From Mobula hypostoma (Eukaryota), in the NCBI RefSeq assembly GCF_963921235.1, contig NC_086097.1, positions 190,342,001 through 190,406,000 of the forward strand: a stretch of DNA of 64,000 nucleotides, written 5' to 3'. Positions 25,893 through 38,755 of this stretch are shown in pieces. Made by a program: the position numbers and the translations under genes. Under the pieces are notes generated by a model, which was given only the letters and a program-made list of their open reading frames with translations, was not told the DNA's origin and did not search any database. Position 1 is the first letter of the stretch, and the number at the start of each line of letters is the position of its first letter.

Positions 25893-27364
25893 GTCTTGAG
25901 CTCCACAGCACAAGTGAAAATTGCATTAACAATTTATAAGCCTCTAAACATGTAAAGCATAAATAAGATAGCTGGTAGGAATTAGGAGTTAACTTGCCCT
26001 GTGAATTCTGGTGTGTTTATGCACTGGAATACAGTGCTTTATATAGTTCCAACCTGAAATGAAGCATTCATTTATCTGGCCTACTTGCGCATGTGGCTGT
26101 AATTCTGTAATGGGCATTACCAAATTAACATATGGTTAGCAGTCAATCAATCAATAGAGGATAAGTGCATGTCACCAAATTAACTACATCACTAAACTTT
26201 GCACAAGCTATGCAACTATTGAATGTAGATAACACCCTGGTCTTGTTGTGTTCTGTTTTACCACCATAGGAACATTCTGATCTGTCATTGCATATACTTC
26301 TAATAGCTATACAGCTGTAGTAGATTTAGATATGACAGAGTCATTAAGATGCTGACTAGTATAAAGATATGCAAAATGTAGAAGTCGCTTATGTACTGAA
26401 ACATCATTTTTATCATTTTTTCACATAATCTTTGCTTGTCATTCCATATTGTCTTTGAGCAGGTGTTGATGATCCATCATTAAAAACTTCTGTTAAAACT
26501 CATTTTGTCATAGTCATACTTTATTACTTTGATAAAGTGTCTTCACAGTCAAGTTAATTGTGGAATTCCAGGATCCATTGTTACAGATACAAAGGGTAGT
26601 GCATGCCTCAAAGACGAAATTGGTAAGCAGTAGTACTCCCTCTCTTCCAAAATTTAGGTGGATATTTTTAAATTGAATTAATACACACTTATAGTATAAT
26701 TTCAGTCACCCCAATGGTACAATCACTTGATATAATTACTTTTTCATGTGGCTACAAAACATTCTATAAAACAAGCATTAGACAGACACGTACATTCAGT
26801 CATTGGGAATGCCCAGTGATGCATTCTCTCATAAATAATTCACTATCCACAACTTCAAAATTGAAAAGCTGGCCATATATTGCATTTGTTTGTTTTCCTT
26901 AACAGCTTTAAGACACAGTTTTGATTTAGGTAGATTTATTGACATTACATTGCTTTGGTCCCAACAAATAGCCCTCCCTCAATCTAGCTGTTGTTTTTAT
27001 TTAAATTTAATTGTCAGTTAAAATGTACTCCAGTTTTTAAGTATTTTTTTTGGAATGGTCAAAATTAAGTAGTTAATAATTCATATTGTTTTCTTAAATT
27101 TACTAACAATGTCAATTAATATCGTAATAAATATAGTCATTTAAACAGGAGAGCTGAAGTGCAGAGTAGATTTCAGTTCCAGTCGTTTATATGTCTTTTC
27201 AGCCATATGAAAAGATCACTTTGCACTTGTCTGAGCTGTTGTTAGTATGCATCTGAGCAGTTGCATTCATTTTATTTGTCAGAACAGTTCAGATTGGAAT
27301 TATGACATCTCTAATCAAGTGCGGAATCTGTAGTGTCATTGCAATGATGGAAATGATGCTACTC

Positions 27365-27890
27365 TTTTAGCACATTTATGTGATGCTGGCATTGTGGACC
27401 AGGCCAGTGTCTATCGCCCATCCACAATTGACTGAAGAAAGCTGGCTATGAACCACTTGCTTGAACAACTACAGACTTTCTGCTTTTTCTATAGCGTTGT
27501 TAGATAGAGAGTTCTAGTAGTTAAATCCAGCAATGACGAAAATTCAGGGATATATTTCGAAGTTATTCAAGGGAATTCCAGATTCCTAAGTGCCTGCTCC
27601 ACTAATCTTTCTTTTTGGCAGAGATCAGAGATTTCGGAGATGCTGTTGAAACAGCATGTCAAGTAAGTGGACCCAATTTTGTATATGGTATTCTGTACAC
27701 TGGAGTTCAGAGTCCACCAAAGTAGTACGTGAATCTTTAGGACTGGGGTGACAATAAAGTGCAGCACCTTCACCAAAAGACTAGTGATTCAAGGCAGCAG
27801 CTCACCGCCATCTTCACGGCAACAATAAGTGATGGGTAATATATGTCGGCCTTGCCAACAGCTTCTGGATCCTAAATGTGAATTAAAAAA
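27365..27890. repeat. Two copies of an old LINE 3' end in inverted orientation
   Basis: 27375-27470 (GGCCAGTGTCTATCGCCCATCCACAATTG..CTTGAAC) is a degenerate reverse complement of 27788-27890 (TTCAAGGCAGCAGCTCACCGCC..GATGGGTAATATATGTCGGCC..GAATTAAAAAA). Confidence 0.65.
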
Positions 27891-29402
27891 GTCACTTCAG
27901 GCAAAATCTTAAATGAAAATATAATACAACTAAAATTACCATTTGTAATGTGGTTTAGATGAAATCATTCTTTACAAACATAGTTCCTGTATGGATGCTT
28001 CTCTAGAGCTTTAGCTTTTTATATTGTGTGAATCTGTTAGCGTTTTGCCCATCTGGTGTTGCAGCTGTTTTAATTTTTGGCATGGTATAAATGGTTGAAA
28101 TAAATTTGACTTGGCTGTGATGGGATTTTATAAATATGTAAAGCAAGAATTTAGTGGAGATGAAAACCTAATTGAAAAATAATCTGCCTGTCTGAGAGCA
28201 AAGCTTTATTATCCCTGAAGAGATGATCTGTACAGGTTCAATTTAAAAAAAAAGGATAGGGTGTCATCATGAGTACAGAGCTGTGCTGTCACCTTAGGGA
28301 CCTCAATTGAAATCCAGCCAAAATAAGATTAGATGAAATATTCTCCTTTTGATAGCTGTTTTGGGCCCTTAATGGAATCCATTTGCAGCCTAATCCAGAT
28401 CTTATTTTGCTAACAGCATCTCCTTTATATTTTGTTACCTTATTTATGGTGAAACCCAAACCCTTAATCCAGATCAACATTTAAATCCGTGTAGGCCAAA
28501 TGAATGGAATTGCCTTCTATGTGCAATGATCTGTGCCAGAAATGAAATTTTCTTTTAGAATATATACACAGATAAGGTTTATTTTCTTGGCATTGAAATT
28601 GTGAGTGGATAAACCAGTCTTCGGACAGAAGTTTGAATAAATAGTGTGCTGTATGGAGATCCATCTACAATTCCAAGCAATTTATATTCCATACATTAGG
28701 ATGCCCACTAACATGAGCCATATCCCTGGGGTGGTCATTTTTTTCTTCCTTTCTCAGTAATGCCAATATAGAGCACATGTACATTGTACACATGTACAAT
28801 TTGCTACATTGATTCTTGTTTTCAGACAACAGCAAACAATTCAATAAGATACTACCTTGCAACAGAATCAACATGGGAAAAGTCCTTTTGAAATTAAAAT
28901 TTGCAGGAGAAACACTTTGACATTAGGGATAGAATCTCCATTGGCAGAATGCAATGAGAGCCAGAGACCAGGTAAAGTTCAACTGTGCTCTACTCCTTGA
29001 CCTTATTCTTGAAGAGTGTCACGGCAGTGTCTGCACCTCAACACTCATTACCATGGGTGTTTATCGATGAGCAGATCCTTTTGCTATCTAATGAGGTTCA
29101 TAGCTCTCACCTATTCAGAACAGTAAGTCTTTCTGAAGGGCACTTAATGTAGAATAAATAGGAATATGAATGCCACCAGGTCATCCAGTGTTATGACCTG
29201 AGCTTCTTCACCTCCTTATGATCCACACTACAGAAAGTTCTACGGCAAGACAGGCAGTAGTAAAGAATGTCCCATTACATTCTTTTGGAACCAGTGCTTT
29301 CTCAATGCAACACTGAAATGAACTGACCCATCACTTCCCATGCAGATAAGAGAAGCTCCAATTATGTAACTGTTTTACCAAACTCCCTTTGTGGCAACTA
29401 CT

Positions 29403-29810
29403 CCATAAGACCATGAGACATAGAAACAGGATTAGGCCATTCAGCTCATTGAGTCTGCTCCACCATTCAATTATGGCTGAACCATTATCTTTCTTTTGCC
29501 TTCTTCGCATAACCTTTGATGCCATTACTAATCAAGAAACTATCAACCTCAACTTTAAATATACCAAATGACGTGGTCTGAACAGCTGTCTGTGGCAATG
29601 GATTCACCAGCCTCTGGCTAAAGAAATTCTTCCTCTTCTGTGTTCTAAAGGGACGTCCTTATACTCTGAGGCTGTGTCCTCTAGTCCTAGACTCCCCCAC
29701 TATTGGAAACATCCTCTCTACGTTCACTCTACCTGGGCATATCAATATTCAATAGCTTGCAATGAGATCCCCTTCATTTTTCTAAACTCCAGTGAGTACT
29801 TCTAAACTCC
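29403..29810 (-). mobile_element. CR1 3' relic
   Basis: Reverse tail CCATAAGACCATGAGACATAG. The minus strand reads MFPIVGESRTRGHSLRV. Confidence 0.85.
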
Positions 29811-29934
29811 AATGAATTTAATCATTATCATGCAGACATTACTAAACCTCTTTCTCAGTACACCAATCTAATCAGTGTTTAATAAAAATTAAAATTAATA
29901 TCATAATTTCTGTAGTCTTGCCTTGTTTTATGAA

Positions 29935-31630
29935 AGGTAGCTCATTCCCGACGGTAGCAATGAGAAGAGAGCATGTCCTAGATGATGGAGGTCCTTAATG
30001 ATGGACCCTGCCTTTCTGAGGTACTGCTTCTTAAAGATGTCTTGGATACTATGTAGACTGGTATCCAAGATGGAGCTGACTAAGTTTTACAACTTTCCGT
30101 AGCTTCTTTCAATACTGGGCAGTAGCCCCTCTCCCCATACCAGACAGTGATGCAGCCTGTCAGAACGCTCTCCATGGTACAGCTGAAGAAGATTTCAAGT
30201 GTGTTAGGTGACGAATCAAATCTCCTCAAATTCCTAATGAAATATAACTGCATCGATATTTTGGAACCAGGTTAGATACTCAGAGACCTTGACACCCAGG
30301 AATGTGTAATTGCTCACTCTCTCCACTTCTGATCCCTCTATGAGCATTAGCTTCCTCGTGCTACCCTTTCTGAAGTCCACAATCACCCCTTTGTTTTTAC
30401 TGATGTTGAGTGCAAGGTTGTTGCTGCGACACCACTCAACTAGCTGGCATATCTTTCTCCTGTATGTCCTGTCATCTCCATCTGAGATCCTGCCAACAAT
30501 GGTTGTAGTATCAGCAAAATTTATAGATGGCATTTGCACTATGCCTAGTCACACAGTCATGGGTATAGAGAAAGTAGAGCAGTGGGCTGAGCACACATCC
30601 CTGAGGGGTGCCAGTGTTGAATGTCAGTTAGGAAGAGATATTAATACCATTCCGTACAAATTGTGGTCTTCCGGTTAGGAAGTTGAGGGTCCTTTTCCAG
30701 AGGGAGATACAGAGACCCAGGTTCCAAAGCTTATCAATCAGAACTGTGGGAATGATGGAGTTATCACTGAGCTACAGTCAATGAACAGCATCCTGACATA
30801 CGTGTTTGTATTGTCCAGGTGATCCAAGGTTGTGTGAAGAGCCATTGAGATTGTGTCTGCTGTAGACCTTTTGTGGAAATATCGTAGGCAAATTGCAGTG
30901 GGGTCAGGTCCTTGCCAAGGCAGGTGTTGATTCTGGCCATGACCAATCTCTCAAAGCATTTCATCACCATAGATGTGAGTGCTATTGGATGATATAAGAC
31001 AACTCTTCCTATTCTTCTTGGGCACTGGTATAATTGTTACCCTTTTGATGTAGGTGGTAACATCCGACCATTGCAATGAGAGATTGAAAATGCTCTTAAA
31101 AACACCTGCCAGTTGGTTGGCACAAGTTTTCAATGCCTTATCAGGTATTCCATCAGGGCTTGCTACTTTGTGAGGGTTCACCCCCTTGAAAGGTAGCCTG
31201 ACATTGGCCTCCAAGTTGGAGATCACAGGGGCACTGGGTGCAGCAGAGATCCTCACAGCTATAGTTAAATTCTCCCTTTCAAAGTGGGAATAAAGGCATT
31301 GAACTCATCTATTAGTGAAGCATCACAGCCATTCATACTATTGGGTTTTGCTTTGTAGGAAGTTACTTCCTGCAAACCCTGCCAGGGTTAACGTGCATCT
31401 GACAACGCCTCCGACCTTGCTTAGAATTGTATCTTCACTCTTGAAAGAGCCTTCCACAAGCATTCCCTTTATTGCTCGTACAGGCCTAGGTCACCAGAAT
31501 TAAATGCTACAGATCTGGCCATCAGCAGATGATGGACCTCTTGGTTCATCCAAGGCTTTTGGTTTGGGAATGTACAGCAAGTTTTCGTAGGCACACAGGT
31601 TTTAATGAAGTTGATGAAGTCGGTAGCCAC
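29935..31630 (-). mobile_element. Rex1/Babar LINE relic
   Basis: [60 protein letters not shown]. Confidence 0.9.
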
Positions 31631-31899
31631 TGCCTAACCCTATTTGACTTCCAAAATGCATCACCTCACTTTTGTTGGGTTTGAATTTCATCTATCAAGA
31701 ATCTACTCAACATTTTATCTGATCCATCTGTTGTAGCCTCAGACAACCTTCCTCATTATCTATAAAACCACCAACTTTACATATCTGTTATTCATCAATG
31801 GTCTGACTGGAGGTACTACGTATAACATTTCTATGGAGATACAAGAGACTGCAGATACCAGAATGTCATTTCTATCTGTTGGCAACACAATATTTAGCG

Positions 31900-32080
31900 G
31901 GTATATGAAATGTCATGAGAATGCAGAGACTTCAAGTGGATGGAAATTGGGCAAGGAGATGGCAGATGGAATACAATGTGAAAACATGTGAGTATCAACA
32001 TTGATAGAGAAAACAGAAATGTTGAGAGATTGATTGGAAAATGATTATGTATGAAAGGACCGGGCTGTCCTTGTGCATAA
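31900..32080 (+). mobile_element. Old CR1 relic, resumes at about 35195 after the Rex1 insertion
   Basis: WARRWQMEYNVKTCE. GTCCTTGTGCAT| continues as |AGTCACTGAAA..GCAGGCAGTTAGGAAG. Confidence 0.6.
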
Positions 32081-32084
32081 TGTT

Positions 32085-35000
32085 TGCATTGTGCGAGGCA
32101 GCAGCATATTACAGTAGTTCCATGTGTTTGTTTGTCTTAACATGATTTAGTTTGTTTCTTTCATTTGTTTTTGTACTGGCTAGCAAGACTGTGAAAAAAC
32201 AATGGACATTAATCTGTTTAAGAACATTTTCACCATCCTTCTAGCTTTTGGGATGCTTTATTCCATTGAGTGCTGTGACTACAGTAGTGGAGGCAATACT
32301 GTATATACGAGGGAGCAGCTAATATCAGCTGAGAAGCAGGCTTTGTTTGCCCAGCAGAAGTTCGATATTCTGGGTGAGCTGAGGCAGAGATACCAAGGCA
32401 GCAGATTGGGTAAAGAGCGGCACAACATGAGATGGAGGTATGAACTATAACTCCCATCTATCATCATGGGGAATGTAAGATCATTAGCAAATGAAACAGA
32501 GGAACTAACAATACGTATGAGGACATAGAATGAATACTGGGAATGAAGCATTATGTGTTTCACCGAGTCATGGCTACACAAGCAAATCCCAGATTCCAAC
32601 GCTACTGTGTATGTGTTTTCAACAGTGCGAGCAGACAGGGTTATTCTACAGTGCAGTAAGAGGAAGAGAGGTGGCCTTGCCGTGTTTGTGAACAACAGAT
32701 GATGCAATTCCGATCACATTTCTGTGAAAGAATGAATCTGCAGTCCAGACATTCCACTGCTTGCTGTGAGCTTGCATCCGTATTATCTACTGCGAGAGTT
32801 TAGCTACACCTTATTTTTTCATTCCGCCTTCCGGACACAGTCCTGATGCTGCGTGTGATGTCATACACACTACCATTGCGAGATTCCAGACTCAATGTGT
32901 TCGTTGTCACATTCAATCAGTTTGTCAAGTGTCATACAAGAGAAAGTAAAACCCTGGACATTTTGTATGCAAATGTTAAAGATGCATAGAGCTCCACAGC
33001 TCTCCCCGCACTTGGAAGATAAGGTCACAACCTGGACCACCTCATGCCCTTGTCTAAGCATCACTGGCTACATCAGCTTCTGTATGGACATGGTGATACC
33101 ATCAAAGAATGTTCGCTGCTTCCCTAACAACAGATCTTGGGTCACCAATGATCTGAAGGCTCTTCTAAACCACAAAAAGAGCCATTAGATGAGGAGACAA
33201 AGGAATTGAAACATGTGCAGAGGGAGCTAAAGGAGATCAAGGTGGAGAAAGAGGAGTACAGGAGGGAGCTAGAGAACCAGGTTAGGCAGAGTAGCATACA
33301 GGAGGTGTGGAGAGGCATGAAGACATCACTAGCTTCAATCAGCCTAGCAGTAGAGACTCGGAATACAGCTATGTGTGGGCTAATGAGTTAAACCAATTCT
33401 TCAATAAGTTTGACCTCCTATTCACACACCCCCCTCAATATATCACCCCAGGTGCTGACACACCAAATGCTCTCTCAGCACCAATGCTTTCCCTCCAGTT
33501 CAACATGTGGATGAACAACACAGGCTACCATTGTCTACATCCCTTCATTGCCCTGCACCTACCATCCACACCTCCGCATCCCAACTGCTATTGTCTCAAA
33601 CTTCACCTGTGTGGAAAACCTCATGTGTGGTCCCAGTACCCAAGAAGGGCCGACCAAAAATCCTGAATGACTAGCGTCCAGTTTCCATGATCTCAAATGT
33701 CTAGAGAGGCTGGTCCTAGCTCACCTCTAAACCCTGGTCAGATCAGCCCTTGATCCCTTGCAGTTTGCCTACCAGGAGCACATTAAAGTCAATGATGCTG
33801 TCATCTACCTGCTGAACAGAGCCTATTCCCACTTGGATAAGCAGGAGAGCATTGTGACGATCATGATTTTTGATTTCTCAAAGTGCCTTCAATATCATCC
33901 AGCCATCATTGCTGGATGAAAAGGTCCATTCAGTGCAGGTTGGCACTTCCATTGTATCCTGGATAATGGACTACCTGATTGGCAGACCACAGTGTGTGTG
34001 GCTTCAGAGCTGTGACAGAGATGGTTATAAGCAGCACTAGGGCCACACAGGGGTCGGTATTGTGTCCCTTCCTGTTTACCCTGTATACCTCGGACCTTAG
34101 ATCCAACACTAAATTATGTCATCTGCACAAAAATTCTCTGATGACTCAGCAATAGATGGTTGTATAAAGGGAGGACAAGAGGATGAATACAGGGCCCTGA
34201 TGGACAACTTTATCAAATGGTGTAAGCTGAATCATCTGCAGCTCAACATCAGTAAAACAAATGAGATGGCGATAGACTTTATGAGGACTAAGCCTGCAGT
34301 GCACCCTATTAAGGTTGATGCAGAGGATGTGGACGTGGTGAGGACCTACAAGTACCTGGAGGAGCACCTGGATGATAGATTTGAGTGGAACACCAACACA
34401 GAGGTTGTGTACAAGAAGGGCAAAAGTCGCCTCTACTTCCTGAGGAGACTGTGGTCCTTTGGAGTATGCAGGCCTCTCCTTGACATGTTCTACCAGCCAC
34501 TTGTTGCCAGTACAATCTTCTACATGGTGGTGTACTAGGCAATGGCATCAACACAGGTGATGCCAACAGGCTCAGTAAACTGATTAGAAAGGATGGCTCT
34601 GTTATAGGAGTCAAACTGGATATACTGGAGGCTGTGGTAAAACAAACGACCCTCCAGAAAATCCTGACAATTCTAGACAATGTTTCTCACCCTCTGCATG
34701 CCAACTTGGCTGAACAGAGGAGCACTTTCAGTAATAGACTAAGATAACTGTGCTTCTCCAAGGAGCAGTATATGAGGTTATTCTAACCCTTGGCCGTTAG
34801 ACTCTAAAATGAGTCAATCTATAGTCAGGTAAGTGACAGCACCCTCCTGTTAGACTGTTATTTACCTCTGTTTACCAGAAGTCTGTTTAAGTTCTGTTAA
34901 TCAGACCCTGCTATCGCAATACTACCATCACTTTCTTATCTGGATGGTGTGAATAAGCACCCATTACTGTATAATATTACGGTAATTCTTGAACTACCAT

Positions 35001-35194
35001 CTTATCTGTCTGTACTTGTAAATCTTGTAAATCTTCTAATCTTTGACTTGTAAATCTTGTACATCTTATTTTTAAGATAACTTATTTATTTATTCTTTCT
35101 TACTTCTCTTTTAACATTTGTATATCTGTGCACATGTAATGCTACTGTGACACTGTGATTTCCTTTGGGTTCAATAAAGTATCTATCTATCTAT
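32085..35194 (+). mobile_element. Near full-length Rex1/Babar-type LINE (second family), decayed
   Basis: YTREQL leader; [80 protein letters not shown]. Tail TCAATAAAGTATCTATCTATCTAT. Confidence 0.9.
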
Positions 35195-35289
35195 TAGTCA
35201 CTGAAACCTAATGTGCAGTTGCTGCAGGCAGTTAGGAAGATTTTTATTCCTAGAGGATTTGAACAAATTAGTTAAAAACTTTGAGGCCC

Positions 35290-35908
35290 GCTGATGGTTG
35301 GGGTCAAGCATAGATGTTGCCTCCCAGTACTACGCAATACTGGGAGGCAACATCCCAGTACTATGCAATACTGGGAGGCAGTGATATGCAAGTCAGTGCG
35401 CAAACTACGGCAGAATGATATGGAGAGCAAACTGTTGCCATATACCAGGCTCCCCCTTTCCACACAGATGATGAATCAAAAGGAACGGCAGACACCAATA
35501 TAGGTTGGCACCAGCAGGAGTTGCCAGTCAACATTCAACTCAACGTAGGACTGCCTGAGAGACTTCAATTCCAGATTTCTTGTTAAATTGGGGTTTATCC
35601 CTGAAGCCTTCCCTATGAGTGGGTATAGCCACAAGGCAGCAAATGTTTGAGATCAGAATTTTTCTTCTCCTCGATGAGTTGCCAACCATGGCTGATGCGC
35701 CTCATCTGCCTGAAGCAACTGGTTTGAAGGCCCCAGTAACCTTTCTCCTGTCAGTAGAAACAGTTCCGCTGAGCTTACTAGCTAAGCCACACTTGAAGGC
35801 TAGGAGCTGGATGTAGTTGTCATCGGCTATTTGAGATGCACACCATTGCGAACATTTAATAGATAGTGGGATCTTGCCCCATTACCGCCTTTGGCAATGA
35901 CAACCTTA
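35290..35908 (-). mobile_element. Non-coding element resembling an RTE-clade 5' UTR or RTE-derived SINE
   Basis: Minus-strand GGCAACTCATCGAGGAGAAGAAAAATTCTGATCTCAAAC resembles, from memory, the RTE 5' UTR motif GGCAACCAGTCTAGGAGAAGGAAAACTCTG. It is GC-richer than its flanks. Confidence 0.5.
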
Positions 35909-36075
35909 AAATATGTTACTATAATGAAATAAGACTTTCATCAGAGCACAGCCAGAGAATTCTACACAATTATGGTCTCTTTACCTAAAGAAGGTATTAG
36001 AATAGTGCAATGAAGATTCACCTGCGAAGATGATCATATCATAGAAGGAGCAAGTGAATAAGTGAGATCTTTATT

Positions 36076-37535
36076 AGAACATAGAACACAAAACAGTAGA
36101 GCTCTGGACAGTCCATGATAATGTGTTGACCTTACTGCCAATTTATAGTAAATGTCCTCCTCCTGCTTATCATCCATATGCCCCCAATCCCTTCATATTC
36201 ACGTGTCTATCAAAGAACCTAACACTTCACCAAACTGCCTGATTTCATTACTACTGCTAATAACCCGGTCCAGGTACCTAACACTCTGCGTAATAAAACT
36301 TATCCTCATGTTGCCTTTAAACATCACTAGTTCAGCCTTAAAAGTATGCTGCCTGTTATTTGATGTCTCTTTGGGGAAAATATTACAACAGACCACTCTA
36401 TCCATGCCTCTCATAATTTAAAACAGCTTCTCTGCCATTTTCACAGTCTCCACATCCTTCCTATAATAGAGTGACCAGAATTGCACAAAATGAAGTTCAA
36501 TATACCTACAGCATGAATTCCTTATTCAGAGACTCAACATCCTACCATTGAAGGAATGCATTTCATATACCTATTTTTTAACCTTCTTATCCACTTGCAC
36601 AACCACGTTCTGTGAAATATGGACTTGGACCCCAAGATTCCTCTATACTTCTGTGCTGTTAAGGGGCCTATCATTAACTGTATATCTCTCCTTCTATTTG
36701 AACTCCCAAGGTGCAACACCTATGCTTGCTGGAATTTAACTCCATCTGCAACTTCTCTGCCCATATCTGTAAATGATCTATATTGCAATGTTTTCTTTGA
36801 TAGTCCTTTATACTGTTCACATCTCTACCAGTCTTGGTGTTATCCACAAACTTGCTAATCCACACATCTATATTTTCATCCAAATCATTGATATCTTTCA
36901 CAAACAACAGTATATTGATATCTTAATATATGGATATAGTAAGTGCCTTGGGATTATTCTTGACCCTGCCCATCAAGGGCATTTCATGGTCTTTTTGTAC
37001 CTTCTTAATTGCCAGCTTGAGCACTTTCCTGCTACCTTTATATTGCACAAGGCTCCAGTCCTATTTTAGCTTCCTAAACCTAATGCTTTCTAAATAAATT
37101 TAGGACCTTCCAGGTCATCCAAGGTTTGCTTAGCTTACCCTCCTTGTCCTTACTCTTAGCTCAAACCATGCAGATCCTGAACTCTGATCAGCTGTTCTTT
37201 AAACTCCTACATGTCAGACATGGAGTTGTCCGACAGCAGTCGCTCCCAATCAACACTGTAAAGCTGCTGTCTCATCCTGTCATAATTTGCTGTCCCTCAG
37301 GTTGGTGCCATCCCGCAAGATCCAAATATATCCTTATTCATAACTGCCTTAAAACATAATGAGTTGTGATCACTATTCCCAAAATGCTCAAGCACTATCA
37401 GGTCTGTCATCTGAACTGGCTCATTTCCTAAAACCTGGTCAATATGTTCCCTCCATATATTGTTTCAATACCCTCTCTTAGATATACTAAAGAAATCCCA
37501 CCCCATCTAAGCTTCTTGTCTTAAGAAAGTTCCAA
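36076..37535 (-). mobile_element. Old CR1 relic with internal deletions
   Basis: INDLDENIDVWISKFVDNTK, WAEKLQME, MRGMDRV. Reverse tail AGAACATAGAAC. Confidence 0.8.
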
Positions 37536-37539
37536 ATAA

Positions 37540-38262
37540 TATGACCTTCACCTGCAAGACTGTTGGGGATATCTACTGTATCCAGTGTTCCTGGTGCAGC
37601 CTCCTCTACATCAATGAGACCCAACGTAGATTGAGATGCTTTGTCGAGCACCTTTGCTCCATCCACAACTGGGAAGATTTTCCAGTGGAAAACCATGCTA
37701 ATTCCACTCCACCTTGCCATTCTGACATGTTGGTTCTCTACTGCCATGATGTTGCCACTCTTAGGTTGAAGGATCAACAACTCATATTTCATTTGAGTAG
37801 CTTCAAAAGCGATAGCATGAACATTGATTTCTCCAAATTCTGATAATTTCTCATCCTCCTCTTTCTGTCCTTTTCCATTCCCCATTCTGGCTCCATTCTT
37901 AACCCTACCCTTCTCACCTGCCCAACACCTCCCTCTGGTGCTCCTCCTCTTTCCTTTGCTCTCATGTCTACTCTCTTCTCCTATCAGATTCTTTCTTCTT
38001 CAGCCCTTTACTTTTTCCACCCATCACCATCCAGCTTCTTATTTCATCCTCCCTCACCCACCCACCTACCTTACCTCTCATCTAGCTTCACTTATCACCA
38101 TCCAACTTGCACTTTTCCCCTCCTCTCACCATATTCTGACTTTTACCCCCTTCCTTTCCAGTACTAATGAAGGTCTCAGCCCAGAACATTGACTCTTCAC
38201 TCCTCTCCATAGATGCTGCCTTACGTTTTGAGTTCCTCCAGCACTTTTCATGTGTTACCGGA
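37540..38262 (+). mobile_element. Penelope-like element 3' part: GIY-YIG endonuclease plus pseudo-LTR
   Basis: FTCKTVGDIYCIQCSWCSLLYINETQRRLRCFVEH matches the PLE GIY-YIG domain with a CxxC insert. It is followed by a pyrimidine-rich tract and a hammerhead-like pLTR end. Confidence 0.88.
38159..38195 (+). ncRNA. Degenerate minimal type I hammerhead ribozyme motif
   Basis: CAGTA-CTAATGA-AGGTCTCAGCCC-AGAAC-ATT-GACT versus the expected stem I-CUGAUGA-stem II-GAAAC-GUH-stem I'. The core is mutated, so it is likely inactive. Confidence 0.6.
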
Positions 38263-38394
38263 TTCTTATCCGCTCCTCACCTGTGCCTCCTCACCAAAGC
38301 CTCTCAAGCGAGATCCTCAGCTTTCCACTCCTATACTGGCCCAGTTTCACAATGGCTATTCCATTTGATGAAATCTCTTTTTATTGGCAAAACG

Positions 38395-38755
38395 TATTCT
38401 CTAGATCATAGAAGAATGAGGAATTACCTCATTGACACATACTAAGAAGATCTGGCAGGGAAAATGCAGGATGAATGTTCTCCTAGCCAAGAAAACAACA
38501 AAGGTTCAAAATAAATGGTAAGCTATTTGTTAAAACGAAGAAAAAAATTCAATAATGATTGTGAATTCTCTGATTCAGGGAACTGAGGAAGCTCAAGTCA
38601 CAGACTGGTTTCAAAATGTGTATGAATAGATGTCTAAATACAAGAGAATCAAGGGATGAATGGATAGTGCAGGAGAGTGCTATTTAGATGAAAGATTACC
38701 ACGACACTGCAGAATGACACACGTTGCTTAAGAGTCAAAGGCCTGTTGCTGGTAC
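38395..38755 (+). mobile_element. Very old CR1 3' relic
   Basis: YSLDHRRMRNYLIDTY and GAATCAAGGGATG. Confidence 0.6.

Noticed and set aside
28774..28802. Small palindrome ATTGTACA-CA-TGTACAAT
   Set aside because: Short and low-complexity; expected by chance or slippage.
35322..35380. 28-nt palindromic repeat as a CRISPR array
   Set aside because: Only two units 3 nt apart, no spacers, no cas genes, and a eukaryotic context.
37824..38192. Hydrophobic ORFs resembling membrane proteins (also 62484..62786, 57563..57967)
   Set aside because: Produced by pyrimidine- or T-rich low-complexity sequence.
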